Source of the DNA: Oscillospiraceae bacterium
Lineage (GTDB): Bacteria; Bacillota; Clostridia; Oscillospirales; JAKOTC01
Length of the DNA: 63,823 nt
Assembly (NCBI GenBank): GCA_035353335.1
Contig: DAOPZJ010000005.1
Location: 8,530 to 72,352, forward strand
Direction of reading: 5' to 3'
Shown: positions 35,758-44,379 of the stretch, one piece after another
Layout of the letters: each line of letters begins with the position of its first letter
Numbering within the stretch: position 1 is the stretch's first letter
Notes under the pieces: model-generated
What the model was told of the DNA's origin: nothing
Databases searched by the model: none
Seen by the model: only the letters and a program-made list of their open reading frames with translations
Translations under genes and position numbers: made by a program

Positions 35758-35814
35758 GCGGCGTGAAACGGGTTAGGCGCAAATGGGGTTGAAAGACTGT
35801 CTTTTCACCGAAAC

Positions 35815-35847
35815 GGCGGCGGTTGACTTCATTTGTCAACCGCCGCC
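35815..35847 (-). terminator. Terminator of the hydrogenase operon
   Basis: On the minus strand, GGCGGCGGTTGAC-AAATGAA-GTCAACCGCCGCC is followed by GTTT. Confidence 0.7.
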
Positions 35848-35859
35848 GGTATGTTTTAC

Positions 35860-37605
35860 TCAGAACTTTTTGCGGGCGACGTAGGAAGTGTGCAGCACTT
35901 CATGCGCTTTGTGGCTGCCGGGTTTGTCAAGGAACTCTTTGTAGAGCCGGATGATGTCCGGGTTCTGGTGGGAACGGCGAATGGTGTTGCGCTCGTCGTT
36001 TCTGTAAAGCGCCGAAGAACGCAGGCCGATCAGATCGGTCCAGCTGCGCACATCCGCGGATTGCTGCGGCTGACCGCCGCCGTTGATGCAGCCGCCCGGG
36101 CAGCACATGATTTCGATAAAGTGGATGTTCTCGCCGGCTTTGACACGTTCAAGCAGTTTGCGCGCGTTGCCGGTGCCGCTTGCGACGGCCACGTTGATGT
36201 CCATTCCGGCGACTTTGTAAGTGGCGGTCTTGATGCCGTCGGCGCCTCTGACTTCGTTAAAGACGACCATCTTGTCGTCTTCCTTGCCGGTCAGGGTGCT
36301 GACCGCGGTACGCAGAGCCGCTTCCATAACGCCGCCCGTCGCGCCGAAGATGACCGCCGCGCCGCTGGAAGAACCGAGCGGATGGTCAAAGTCGCTGTCG
36401 GGCAGGTTGACGAAATCGATGCCGGCCAATTTCACCATACGCGCATATTCGCGGGTGGTCAGTGCGATGTCGACGTCCGGGACGCCGGCGGCGTCCTGAT
36501 CGGGTCTGCCGACTTCGAACTTTTTGGCGGTGCAGGGCATAACCGAAACACAGACGATGTTCTTGGGGTCGATGTTGTTTTTTTGCGCAAAATAGGTTTT
36601 GACGATTGCGCCGAACATCTGCTGCGGAGATTTGCAGGTCGAGAGATTCGGGATCATCTCGGGATAATAATGTTCGCAGAACTTGATCCAGCCCGGCGAG
36701 CAGGAGGTGATCAGCGGGAGCGCGCCGCCGTTTTGAATGCGCTCGATCAGCTCATTCGCCTCTTCGACGATGGTCAGGTCGGCCGAGAAGTTGGTATCAA
36801 AGACCCGGTCAAATCCCAGACGGCGCATTGAAGTGGCCATCTTGCCGGTGACGTCGGTGCCGATCGGCATTCCGAAACACTCGCCGAGCGTGGCGCGGAT
36901 CGACGGGGCGGGGAAGACGACGACGAACTTATTCGGGTCACTCAGCGCCGCATTGACCTCGTCTGCCTGATCCTTTTCATAGATCGCGCCGGTCGGGCAG
37001 GAGACGATGCACTGTCCGCAGGAGACGCAGGCGACGTCGCCGAGCGGGCGGTCAAACGAGCAGCCCACATGGGTGTCGAAGCCGCGGTTGACAAGGCCGA
37101 TCACGCCGATTTCCTGAACCTTTTCGCAGGCGGAGATGCAGCGGCGGCACAGAATGCATTTGGAGTCGTCGCGGATCATGTGCACCGCGGAATTGTCATA
37201 AATCGTCTCATCGGGGACGGTGGAATATTTATCTTCGTCTACGCCGTAATCGTGGCACAGCGCCTGAAGCTCACAGCTGCCGCTGCGGATACAGGACAGA
37301 CATTTTTTATTATGGTTGGAAAGGATCAGTTCCAGCGTGGCTTTACGGGATTGGTGGAGTTTTTCGGTGTTGGTCTTGACCTCCATCCCCTCGGTGACGG
37401 GATGCATACAGGCGGCGACAAGGCCTCTCGCGCCGGACGCTTCCACCACGCAGATGCGGCAGGAGCCGACTTCGTTGACGCCTTTGAGATAGCAAAGGGT
37501 GGGGATTTTTACGCCGGCTGCATGGGCAGCTTCCAGAACGGTGGTACCGTCCGGGACGCTGACGCTGATGCCGTCGATTTTGACGTTGAGCATTTTGGGT
37601 TCCAT
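35860..37605 (-). CDS. hydA: [FeFe]-hydrogenase catalytic subunit HydA (2Fe-2S, His-ligated 4Fe-4S, two 4Fe-4S, and H-cluster domain)
   Basis: H-cluster motifs are ITSCSPGW (L1), VMPCTAKKFE (L2) and EIMCCPGGCINGGGQP (L3). The N-terminal ferredoxin-like domains are present. The start is at MEPKML after GGGGAGGAA. Confidence 0.93.
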   Translation of the reverse strand: MEPKMLNVKIDGISVSVPDGTTVLEAAHAAGVKIPTLCYLKGVNEVGSCRICVVEASGARGLVAACMHPVTEGMEVKTNTEKLHQSRKATLELILSNHNKKCLSCIRSGSCELQALCHDYGVDEDKYSTVPDETIYDNSAVHMIRDDSKCILCRRCISACEKVQEIGVIGLVNRGFDTHVGCSFDRPLGDVACVSCGQCIVSCPTGAIYEKDQADEVNAALSDPNKFVVVFPAPSIRATLGECFGMPIGTDVTGKMATSMRRLGFDRVFDTNFSADLTIVEEANELIERIQNGGALPLITSCSPGWIKFCEHYYPEMIPNLSTCKSPQQMFGAIVKTYFAQKNNIDPKNIVCVSVMPCTAKKFEVGRPDQDAAGVPDVDIALTTREYARMVKLAGIDFVNLPDSDFDHPLGSSSGAAVIFGATGGVMEAALRTAVSTLTGKEDDKMVVFNEVRGADGIKTATYKVAGMDINVAVASGTGNARKLLERVKAGENIHFIEIMCCPGGCINGGGQPQQSADVRSWTDLIGLRSSALYRNDERNTIRRSHQNPDIIRLYKEFLDKPGSHKAHEVLHTSYVARKKF

Positions 37606-37621
37606 ATCGTTATTCCTCCCC

Positions 37622-39406
37622 TTATTTCTTATCAATGGCGTAGAACTTGCAGTTGGACATGCAGAGTCCGCACTTGATGCACTTGTTCTGATCGATCACG
37701 TGTTTCTCTTTGACGGTGCCGGTGATGGCGTTCGTCGGGCAGTTGCGCGCGCAGAGCGTGCAGCCCTTGCACTTATCGTTGATGGTGTAGGTCGTGAGTG
37801 CTTTGCAGACGCCGGCCGGGCACTTCTTATCGACGACGTGGGCGACGTATTCGTCGCGGAAATATTTGAGTGTGGAGAGCACGGGGTTCGGCGCGGTCTG
37901 GCCCAGTGCGCAGAGGGAATTCTGCTGGATGTGGCGGCACAGGGCTTCCATCTTGTCGAGGTCTTCAAGAGTGCCTTTGCCGGAAGTGATTTTTTCAAGC
38001 ATCTGATACAGGCGCTTGGTGCCGATGCGGCAGGGCACGCACTTTCCACAGGACTCGTCGACCGTGAATTCGAGGAAGAACTTCGCGATGTCGACCATGC
38101 AGTTGTCTTCGTCCATGACGATCAGACCGCCGGAGCCCATCATAGAGCCGATGGCGACGAGGTTTTCATAGTCGATCGGGATGTCGAGGTGCGCGGCCGG
38201 AATGCAACCGCCGGAAGGACCGCCGGTCTGCGCCGCTTTGAACTTTTTGCCGTTCGGGCAACCGCCGCCGATGTCTTCGATGATCTCGCGCAAAGTCGTG
38301 CCCATCGGGACTTCGACAAGGCCGGTGTTGGTGATCTTGCCGCCGAGCGCGAAGACCTTGGTGCCCTTGGATTTTTCGGTGCCCATCGAGGCGAACCATT
38401 CCGCGCCTTTGATGATGATCTGAGGGACGTTGGCATAGGTCTCGACGTTATTGAGGATGGTGGGCTTTCCGAACAGGCCCTTGACCGCCGGGAACGGAGG
38501 ACGCGGACGCGGCTCGCCGCGGTTGCCCTCTACCGAGGTTAACAGCGCGGTCTCTTCGCCGCAGACAAACGCGCCGGCGCCGAGGCGGATGTCGAGGTCG
38601 AACGAGAAGTCGGTGCCCATGATATTATTACCGAGCAGGCCGTATTCACGCGCCTGTTTGATGGCGATTTCAAGACGATGGACGGCGATGGGGTACTCCG
38701 CACGGACATATATGTAACCGTGGGTGCCGCCGATAGCGTAAGCCGCGATGGTCATGGCTTCAAGAACCGCGTGCGGGTCGCCTTCGAGGACCGAACGGTC
38801 CATGAACGCGCCCGGGTCGCCTTCGTCGGCGTTGCAGCAGACATATTTGACGTCGCTGGCGTTTGCGGCGGCAAACTGCCATTTCCGTCCGGTCGGGAAG
38901 CCCGCGCCGCCTCTGCCGCGCAGACCCGAGTCGGAGATGACTTTGATGACGTCTTCGGGCTTCATCGAAGTCAGCACCTTTTCAAGCGCGAGGTAGCCGT
39001 CCATAGCGATGTATTCGTCGATGCTCTCGGGGTTGATGACGCCGCAGTTGCGCAGCGCGATGCGTTTTTGCTTTTTATAGAAAGGCGTGTCGGACAGCGA
39101 GAGCATCTTGTCCTTTTCAATTGCCTCGGAATAGATCAGGCGTTTGACGGGACGGCCTTTGAGCAGATGCTCCTGTACGATTTCCCTGACGTCGCTTTTC
39201 TTGACCTGGCTGTAGAAAGTGCCCTCGGGGTAGATGATCATGATCGGACCGAGCGAACAAAGACCGAAACAGCCGGTTTTGACGACTTTTACTTCTTCGG
39301 CAAGTCCGGCGGCGGCGATTTCTTTCTCCATCTCGGCCGCGATTTCATGAGAGCCGGAAGAAGAACAACCTGTGCCGGTGCAGCACAGAACCTGTGATCT
39401 TATCAT
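37622..39406 (-). CDS. hydB: NADH-binding flavoprotein subunit HydB (NuoF-like, with N-terminal 2Fe-2S and C-terminal 2x[4Fe-4S])
   Basis: GLRGRGGAGFPTGRKW (FMN/NADH site), ESCGKCVPCR, and C-terminal CKGCTLCARNCP and CIKCGLCMSNC. The start is at MIRSQVL, 7 nt after AAAGGAG. Confidence 0.93.
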   Translation of the reverse strand: MIRSQVLCCTGTGCSSSGSHEIAAEMEKEIAAAGLAEEVKVVKTGCFGLCSLGPIMIIYPEGTFYSQVKKSDVREIVQEHLLKGRPVKRLIYSEAIEKDKMLSLSDTPFYKKQKRIALRNCGVINPESIDEYIAMDGYLALEKVLTSMKPEDVIKVISDSGLRGRGGAGFPTGRKWQFAAANASDVKYVCCNADEGDPGAFMDRSVLEGDPHAVLEAMTIAAYAIGGTHGYIYVRAEYPIAVHRLEIAIKQAREYGLLGNNIMGTDFSFDLDIRLGAGAFVCGEETALLTSVEGNRGEPRPRPPFPAVKGLFGKPTILNNVETYANVPQIIIKGAEWFASMGTEKSKGTKVFALGGKITNTGLVEVPMGTTLREIIEDIGGGCPNGKKFKAAQTGGPSGGCIPAAHLDIPIDYENLVAIGSMMGSGGLIVMDEDNCMVDIAKFFLEFTVDESCGKCVPCRIGTKRLYQMLEKITSGKGTLEDLDKMEALCRHIQQNSLCALGQTAPNPVLSTLKYFRDEYVAHVVDKKCPAGVCKALTTYTINDKCKGCTLCARNCPTNAITGTVKEKHVIDQNKCIKCGLCMSNCKFYAIDKK

Positions 39407-39423
39407 GGCTTTTCTCCTTTCGC

Positions 39424-39795
39424 TCATTTCAGAGCGTCTTCGATCGTATATTCGACGACCGGACGATGATTGACGAGATGCTCCGTGACGACTCTGGCGA
39501 CCTTGTCCGCATCCATCTTCACATAGGTGACTTTTTCTTTATTGGGCTCATAGACCTCGACGATCGGCTCAAGGCGGCAGACGCCGATGCAGCCGGTTTG
39601 GGTCACGGAGATGTTCTTGAGACCGCGTTTGTTGATTTCGTCGATAAAAGCGGCGAGAACGGGTCTTGCCCCGGCTGCGATGCCGCAGGTTGCCATGCCG
39701 ACGACGACGCGGATATTGTCATCGCTCTCCTCGCGAAGTTCGATGGTTTTTCTGGTTTTTTCGCGGATTGCCGCAAGTTCAGCCAAAGTTTTCAT
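39424..39795 (-). CDS. Thioredoxin-like [2Fe-2S] ferredoxin (HndB-like small subunit)
   Basis: VVGMATCGIAAGA...TGCIGVCRLEP. The ATGA overlaps the upstream gene. Confidence 0.8.
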   Translation of the reverse strand: MKTLAELAAIREKTRKTIELREESDDNIRVVVGMATCGIAAGARPVLAAFIDEINKRGLKNISVTQTGCIGVCRLEPIVEVYEPNKEKVTYVKMDADKVARVVTEHLVNHRPVVEYTIEDALK

Positions 39796-40346
39796 ATCTG
39801 ATGACCTCCGTACAAATTTTGAAGCTGTTCGCTGATATATTGTGCGACCCATTCGGCGATTTCGGGTTCCCCAAAATCGACGTCGCCGATCTGCCGAATG
39901 ATCTCGCGGGAAGAAAAGGTGAAGCTGTTTTGATTGAAACGGTGCTCATAACTCCAGTCGATACCGGATCTTGAACCGAGCAGCGCGGTGACAGTGGAAG
40001 GCATATCGCCGAGCGGCATCCTGTCGATGTTGTCATAGATAAAATCCGCTGTTACCGTGGTTCCTGCTCCGGGTTCGGAGGTGATTTTGAAACTGCCGCC
40101 CGCCATCTCGGCCGCCTGTTTGAATAACGGGATTCCGAGGCCCACCTTTCGGGTGGTGCGGGTCGTGGTGAACGGGTCCGTGACACGGGCCAGAAACGCT
40201 TTTTCCATTCCCCGTCCGTTATCGGTGATCGATATGCGCAGCGTATTTTTAACGGGCTGCTCGTCGACAAGGATTTCAATCCGGGTCGCGCCGGCCGTGA
40301 CGGAATTCTGCGCGATATCGAGAATATGGAGCGAGAGTTCTTTCAT
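39792..40346 (-). CDS. Histidine-kinase-like ATPase (GHKL) domain protein embedded among the hydrogenase structural genes
   Basis: N-box LHILDIAQNS, G1 ITDNGRGM and G2 GLGIPLF..GG. No DHp or receiver domain is present. Confidence 0.8.
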   Translation of the reverse strand: MKELSLHILDIAQNSVTAGATRIEILVDEQPVKNTLRISITDNGRGMEKAFLARVTDPFTTTRTTRKVGLGIPLFKQAAEMAGGSFKITSEPGAGTTVTADFIYDNIDRMPLGDMPSTVTALLGSRSGIDWSYEHRFNQNSFTFSSREIIRQIGDVDFGEPEIAEWVAQYISEQLQNLYGGHQI

Positions 40347-40840
40347 TACCTGTATTTATTGAGAATGCCCTTGATGTCTTTCGGAACCAGCTTGCCGTAG
40401 ACCTCATTATTGATCATCATGACCGGTGCCAAACCGCAGGCGCCGAGGCAGCGGGTCGCCTCGAAGGAAAACTTCCCGTCGGCAGTTTCCTGGCCGCATT
40501 TGATGCCGAGTTCTTTTTCGATTTCTTCGATTACGAGTTTGCAGCCCTTGACGTAACAAGCGGTGCCGAGGCAGACTGAAATCTGGGTCTGCGCTCTCGG
40601 CGAGAGCAGAAATTGGGCATAAAATGTGGCGATTCCGTAGACCTCGGAAAGGGACGCGCCCATTCCCTCGGCAACGATCTCCTGAACTTCGATCGGGAGA
40701 TAACCGTAGATCTCCTGCGCCCGCTGGAGAACGGACATGGTACCCTCGCCGTGCGTTTTTGCCTCGGCGATGCCGTCACGCAGCCGCTTTTCCTGTTCGG
40801 CGGTGCCTTTGAACGGCAGCGTTGTGGGTGTCTTCCTCAT
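40346..40840 (-). CDS. hydC: NuoE-like [2Fe-2S] subunit HydC
   Basis: VCLGTACYVKG...RCLGACGLAPVMMIN. Confidence 0.92.
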   Translation of the reverse strand: MRKTPTTLPFKGTAEQEKRLRDGIAEAKTHGEGTMSVLQRAQEIYGYLPIEVQEIVAEGMGASLSEVYGIATFYAQFLLSPRAQTQISVCLGTACYVKGCKLVIEEIEKELGIKCGQETADGKFSFEATRCLGACGLAPVMMINNEVYGKLVPKDIKGILNKYR

Positions 40841-40935
40841 AACTAAGTTTGCCTCCTCGAATATTGAGAATTAAAATTTGCAATTTGCATATCGGATGCC
40901 GCGATGAGCGGCTTAACCGAGTCCATGTAACAGCG

Positions 40936-41661
40936 TTATATCCCGGTGGTGACCAACCGTTGAATCAACTGTTTTTTACTTGAAAAAACGGCATCGGTTG
41001 TGCCGTTTGCGGACCCGATATCCTCTAAGTAATGAGCATCGGAGTCCAACAAAACATTATAACGCATAAGTCGATTTTTTTCAAGGAATTCAGCTTTTTT
41101 TGGACTGAAAAGTTTTTTGGAGAGCTCAATGGTCTGAAAATCCATGTCCGGTGATAAAAAACCGAGGTTCGAAATGATCGAATTGCTTTCACGGTCGATA
41201 TGCGCCGGGATTGCCGCCCCGTTGTGTTTTCTGACGAGCGCCGGAACGCTGTCGATCGGAATGGAAGCGGCGGTGACAAGCAGCTTCGGTTCGAACCCGA
41301 TGAGTTCATCGTTTTCATCCCGCAATACCTGCCGCCCGTAGATATCGGGGCGGTTTTCGATGGGAGAACGCGCGGCCCTGACGATTTTTTCAAACGCGAG
41401 AGCGTCATTTAAATCGGCAAAAAGGCAGAGCACATGGATTTCTTCGGCGGTCTCCAGTTCCATACCCGGCAGGACCATCATATTCGGACAATTTTTTGCC
41501 GCGGCTTTGAGCACCGCTTCGCAGTTTCCGCAGGAGTTGTGGTCACACAGCGCGATCACATCCAAACCGCACAGCGCCGCCATGTTGACGATGTTGTTCG
41601 GGGTCATCTCCTCGTCGCCGCAGGGCGAGAGGCAGGAGTGGATGTGAAGATCGTAGTTCAT
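40936..41661 (-). CDS. PHP-domain (polymerase/histidinol-phosphatase-like) metal-dependent phosphoesterase
   Basis: MNYDLHIHSCLSPCGD...ALCDHNS...PAHIDR...DSDAH. Confidence 0.8.
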   Translation of the reverse strand: MNYDLHIHSCLSPCGDEEMTPNNIVNMAALCGLDVIALCDHNSCGNCEAVLKAAAKNCPNMMVLPGMELETAEEIHVLCLFADLNDALAFEKIVRAARSPIENRPDIYGRQVLRDENDELIGFEPKLLVTAASIPIDSVPALVRKHNGAAIPAHIDRESNSIISNLGFLSPDMDFQTIELSKKLFSPKKAEFLEKNRLMRYNVLLDSDAHYLEDIGSANGTTDAVFSSKKQLIQRLVTTGI

Positions 41662-41987
41662 TCTTTCAGCAGTTCATAGGTCGCGGCCGCCGTTTCATAG
41701 GCGGATCTGTCGGTTCTGAAAATCGGGAGCTCCAGCTTTTCCGCGCGTTCCGCGAGTTCCGGGTCGGGTTTGACGCCTTCGCATAATACCACACAGGCGA
41801 CTTCGGTCATCGAGGCGACTGCCGCGACGTTCACGTTGGACATGATGGTCAGCCAGACCTGGCCGGCGCTTGCCCGGCCCATGACCCAGCTGAGTAAATC
41901 GCCGATATAGCAGCCGGTGATCGCGCGGTCTTTGCCGGTGCTGACGGTCTCGAGGTTCAGCGTTTTGGCATAAGCGTCAGTCGTCAT
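41658..41987 (-). CDS. DRTGG-domain protein
   Basis: ITGCYIGDLLSWVMGRA..VWLTIMSNVNVAAVA..VACVVLCEG is typical of small DRTGG proteins. Confidence 0.7.
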   Translation of the reverse strand: MTTDAYAKTLNLETVSTGKDRAITGCYIGDLLSWVMGRASAGQVWLTIMSNVNVAAVASMTEVACVVLCEGVKPDPELAERAEKLELPIFRTDRSAYETAAATYELLKE

Positions 41988-43311
41988 CGCGGCTCAGCTC
42001 CTCATAGGATTTTTCGGTGTCATAATAGAGCGCAAGCTGTTCCGGCGTGAGGTTTTTGCGGATATGGCGCAGCTTTTCGCGCATCAGGTAGACGCACAGG
42101 CTCAGCGAGGACTTTCCGCGCACCACGTCTTCCGCCAGCGCCGCGCAGGTCGGCGCGCCGCAGGCTCCGCAGTCGAGTCCCGGAAGCAGCTCGGTCAGCC
42201 GTTCAATTTCGAGCATCATCTTCATGGCCTCGTCGAGGTTGTCGCTGAGTTTGACGCTCGGTTTCGCCTTGTGTTTTCCGGCGGCAGGTGAGAGTGGGGA
42301 AGGCAAGTCGCCGCTCTTGTTCTGAGAGACCGGCATATACCGCCGAAGGGACTTCAGCCGGGATTTGGCGATGAACGGATTCTCGACGGTCAGACAACCG
42401 CCCACGCAGCCCGAGGTGCAGGCGTTCAGCTCAATGAAATCGACGCCGGTGAGCTTGTCGTCCTCGATTTGTTCGAGTATCTTGATCGCGTTTTCAATGC
42501 CGTCCGCGGCGAGATATTTGTCGGTCAGAAGACCTCCGGCCTCACCGCCGCTGATAGCCCAGGAGACGCCCAGAATCCCGCTTTTTTGAAGCGGAGCCGG
42601 ATCTTGGATATGGTTCATCGCGCTGACGAGCCTGATATAGATCTCGCTCATCGAAAACGCGCCGTTGATGAGCTGCTCGTTGGTATTCGGATGTAAGATC
42701 GCCTCGGTTACTTTAGCCGGGCAGGGTGAGATGAAAAATACGCCGATCTCCTCCTGCGAAAGCCCCGTCTTCTCGGCGGCCTGTTTGCGCGCCATCATCG
42801 CGGCCAGTTCGACCGGTGCGATGAAAGGCAGGATATTATCGCATAAGTGGTGGAAACGGGTCTCGATCAATCGCACGATTGCCGGGCAGGCGCCGGAAAT
42901 GACCGGTTTTTTGATGTCCGGCTGCGCCATGTAAGTGCGGGTGAAATCGGAGATGATCTCGGCGGCGGCGCTGACTTCGAACACCGCGTCAAAGCCCATC
43001 GCGAGTAAACCGGACAATACGAAATCCACGTCTTCGAGGTGGTTGAACTGACAATAGAGCGAGGGCGGGGGCAGGGCGATTTTATATTTGTATTTGGAGT
43101 TTTTCAGTTCGGTGAGCGGCGTGCAGATAGCCTTTTTGGCGTGATTCGGGCAGACCCGGATACATTCGCCGCAGTCGATGCACAAATCCTCCAAAATTTT
43201 GGCCTTGCCGTCGCGGATGCGGATGGCCTGGGTCGGGCAGCGCTTGATGCAGGTGCTGCAGCCCTTGCATTTGTCTTTGTTTAATTGAACGGAATGAAAA
43301 ATTTCCGCCAT
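41977..43311 (-). CDS. [FeFe]-hydrogenase-like protein (2x[4Fe-4S] plus a variant H-cluster-like domain plus a C-terminal CX2CX4C Fe-S domain); putative sensory hydrogenase
   Basis: CKGCSTCIKRCP and CIDCGECIRVCP. The H-domain motif variants are VISGACPA (L1), FISPCPAKVTE (L2) and ELNACTSGCVGGC (L3). The C-terminus has LDCGACGAPTCAALA. Confidence 0.8.
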   Translation of the reverse strand: MAEIFHSVQLNKDKCKGCSTCIKRCPTQAIRIRDGKAKILEDLCIDCGECIRVCPNHAKKAICTPLTELKNSKYKYKIALPPPSLYCQFNHLEDVDFVLSGLLAMGFDAVFEVSAAAEIISDFTRTYMAQPDIKKPVISGACPAIVRLIETRFHHLCDNILPFIAPVELAAMMARKQAAEKTGLSQEEIGVFFISPCPAKVTEAILHPNTNEQLINGAFSMSEIYIRLVSAMNHIQDPAPLQKSGILGVSWAISGGEAGGLLTDKYLAADGIENAIKILEQIEDDKLTGVDFIELNACTSGCVGGCLTVENPFIAKSRLKSLRRYMPVSQNKSGDLPSPLSPAAGKHKAKPSVKLSDNLDEAMKMMLEIERLTELLPGLDCGACGAPTCAALAEDVVRGKSSLSLCVYLMREKLRHIRKNLTPEQLALYYDTEKSYEELSRDDD

Positions 43312-43331
43312 GCTGCCGCACCTTCTTTCCT

Positions 43332-43754
43332 TTAAAAATTCACGGTCATAATAACCTTGGTACCGACGCCGACTTGAGAGGTGATCTCAAAGGTGTCGGA
43401 GTATTTTTTCATATTGGGCAGTCCCATGCCCGCGCCGAAACCGAGGTTGCGCACCTCTTCGGGCGCGGTCGACCAGCCCTCCTGCATCGCAAGTCCGATG
43501 TCGGGGATACCCGGACCGTGGTCAACCAGTTTTATAGTGACAGAGTGTTCGCCGATTTCGACATCCGCAGCACCTCCGTCGGCGTGGATGACCATATTGA
43601 TTTCGCCCTCGTACATGGCGATTGAAACCCGCCGGACGGCATCCGGAGGAATCCCGATCTTTTTCAATATGCGCTTGGTATCGCTGGAAGCCGCGCCTGC
43701 CGTCGTAAAATCGGAGCCGTCGACGTCATAATGCAATTTGATGTTTTCCGCCAA
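43332..43754 (-). CDS. RsbW/SpoIIAB-like anti-sigma-type serine kinase (GHKL ATPase)
   Basis: VSIAMYEGEINMVIHA, VDHGPGIPD and GFGAGMGLPNMKKYSD. Confidence 0.8.
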   Translation of the reverse strand: MAENIKLHYDVDGSDFTTAGAASSDTKRILKKIGIPPDAVRRVSIAMYEGEINMVIHADGGAADVEIGEHSVTIKLVDHGPGIPDIGLAMQEGWSTAPEEVRNLGFGAGMGLPNMKKYSDTFEITSQVGVGTKVIMTVNF

Positions 43755-43783
43755 AGCTATGACCGCCCTTCTGGGGTGTGTCT

Positions 43784-44143
43784 TTATTTTTGGGAGCAGG
43801 GCTCGCCGCCGCGAAGGCCGTTCATGTACAAAATACCGCAGGCCTGATACATACGCTCTTTGGTTTTGAGAACAATGATGCCGGATTCGCGCGCCAGACC
43901 GAGCAGGTTCTCATCCGGCTGTTTTCCGCGCACAAAGACGATGCAGCGCATATCCATCATCTCGGCGGTGCGCACGACCTGGGGATTGACAAGACCGGTC
44001 AGCAGCACCGATTGTTCTTTGACAAAAGCAAGTACATCGCTCATCATATCCGCGCCGCAGGCGGAGTGGACCTCGCGGCCGAGGTCGCCGCAGTCGACAC
44101 AGATCTCACAGTTGAGCAATTTTACAATTTCTGAAACTTTCAT
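43784..44143 (-). CDS. DRTGG-domain protein (first gene of the hydrogenase operon)
   Basis: GADMMSDVLAFVKEQSVLLTGLVNPQVVRTAEMMDMRCIVFVRG. The start is at MKVSEIV. Confidence 0.7.
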   Translation of the reverse strand: MKVSEIVKLLNCEICVDCGDLGREVHSACGADMMSDVLAFVKEQSVLLTGLVNPQVVRTAEMMDMRCIVFVRGKQPDENLLGLARESGIIVLKTKERMYQACGILYMNGLRGGEPCSQK

Positions 44144-44201
44144 TGATAACCCTCCAAGCAGGCAAACGAGCGGATCAAAAAAATACCGGATCCACGTTCT
44201 C

Positions 44202-44230
44202 ATTATATCAGATTGTTTATAATAAGTCAA
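44202..44230 (-). promoter_or_regulatory. Strong sigma-A promoter of the 10-gene hydrogenase operon
   Basis: On the minus strand: TTGACT (44230-44225), a 17-nt spacer, then TATAAT (44207-44202). Confidence 0.6.
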
Positions 44231-44314
44231 ACAATATCGATATAAAAAGAATGAATAGAATGCTGGAAAACGAATGAATAATTATAAAATTCGAATGATA
44301 TATTATATAAATGT

Positions 44315-44343
44315 ATTGACAAGTGTTTAATAATGGTATATAA
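44315..44343 (+). promoter_or_regulatory. Promoter of the RHH-protein/clpB unit
   Basis: TTGACA (44315-44320), a 17-nt spacer, then TATAAT (44338-44343). Confidence 0.6.
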
Positions 44344-44379
44344 TTTATTCATACCTGAGATTTGGAGGTATAGAGTTCT

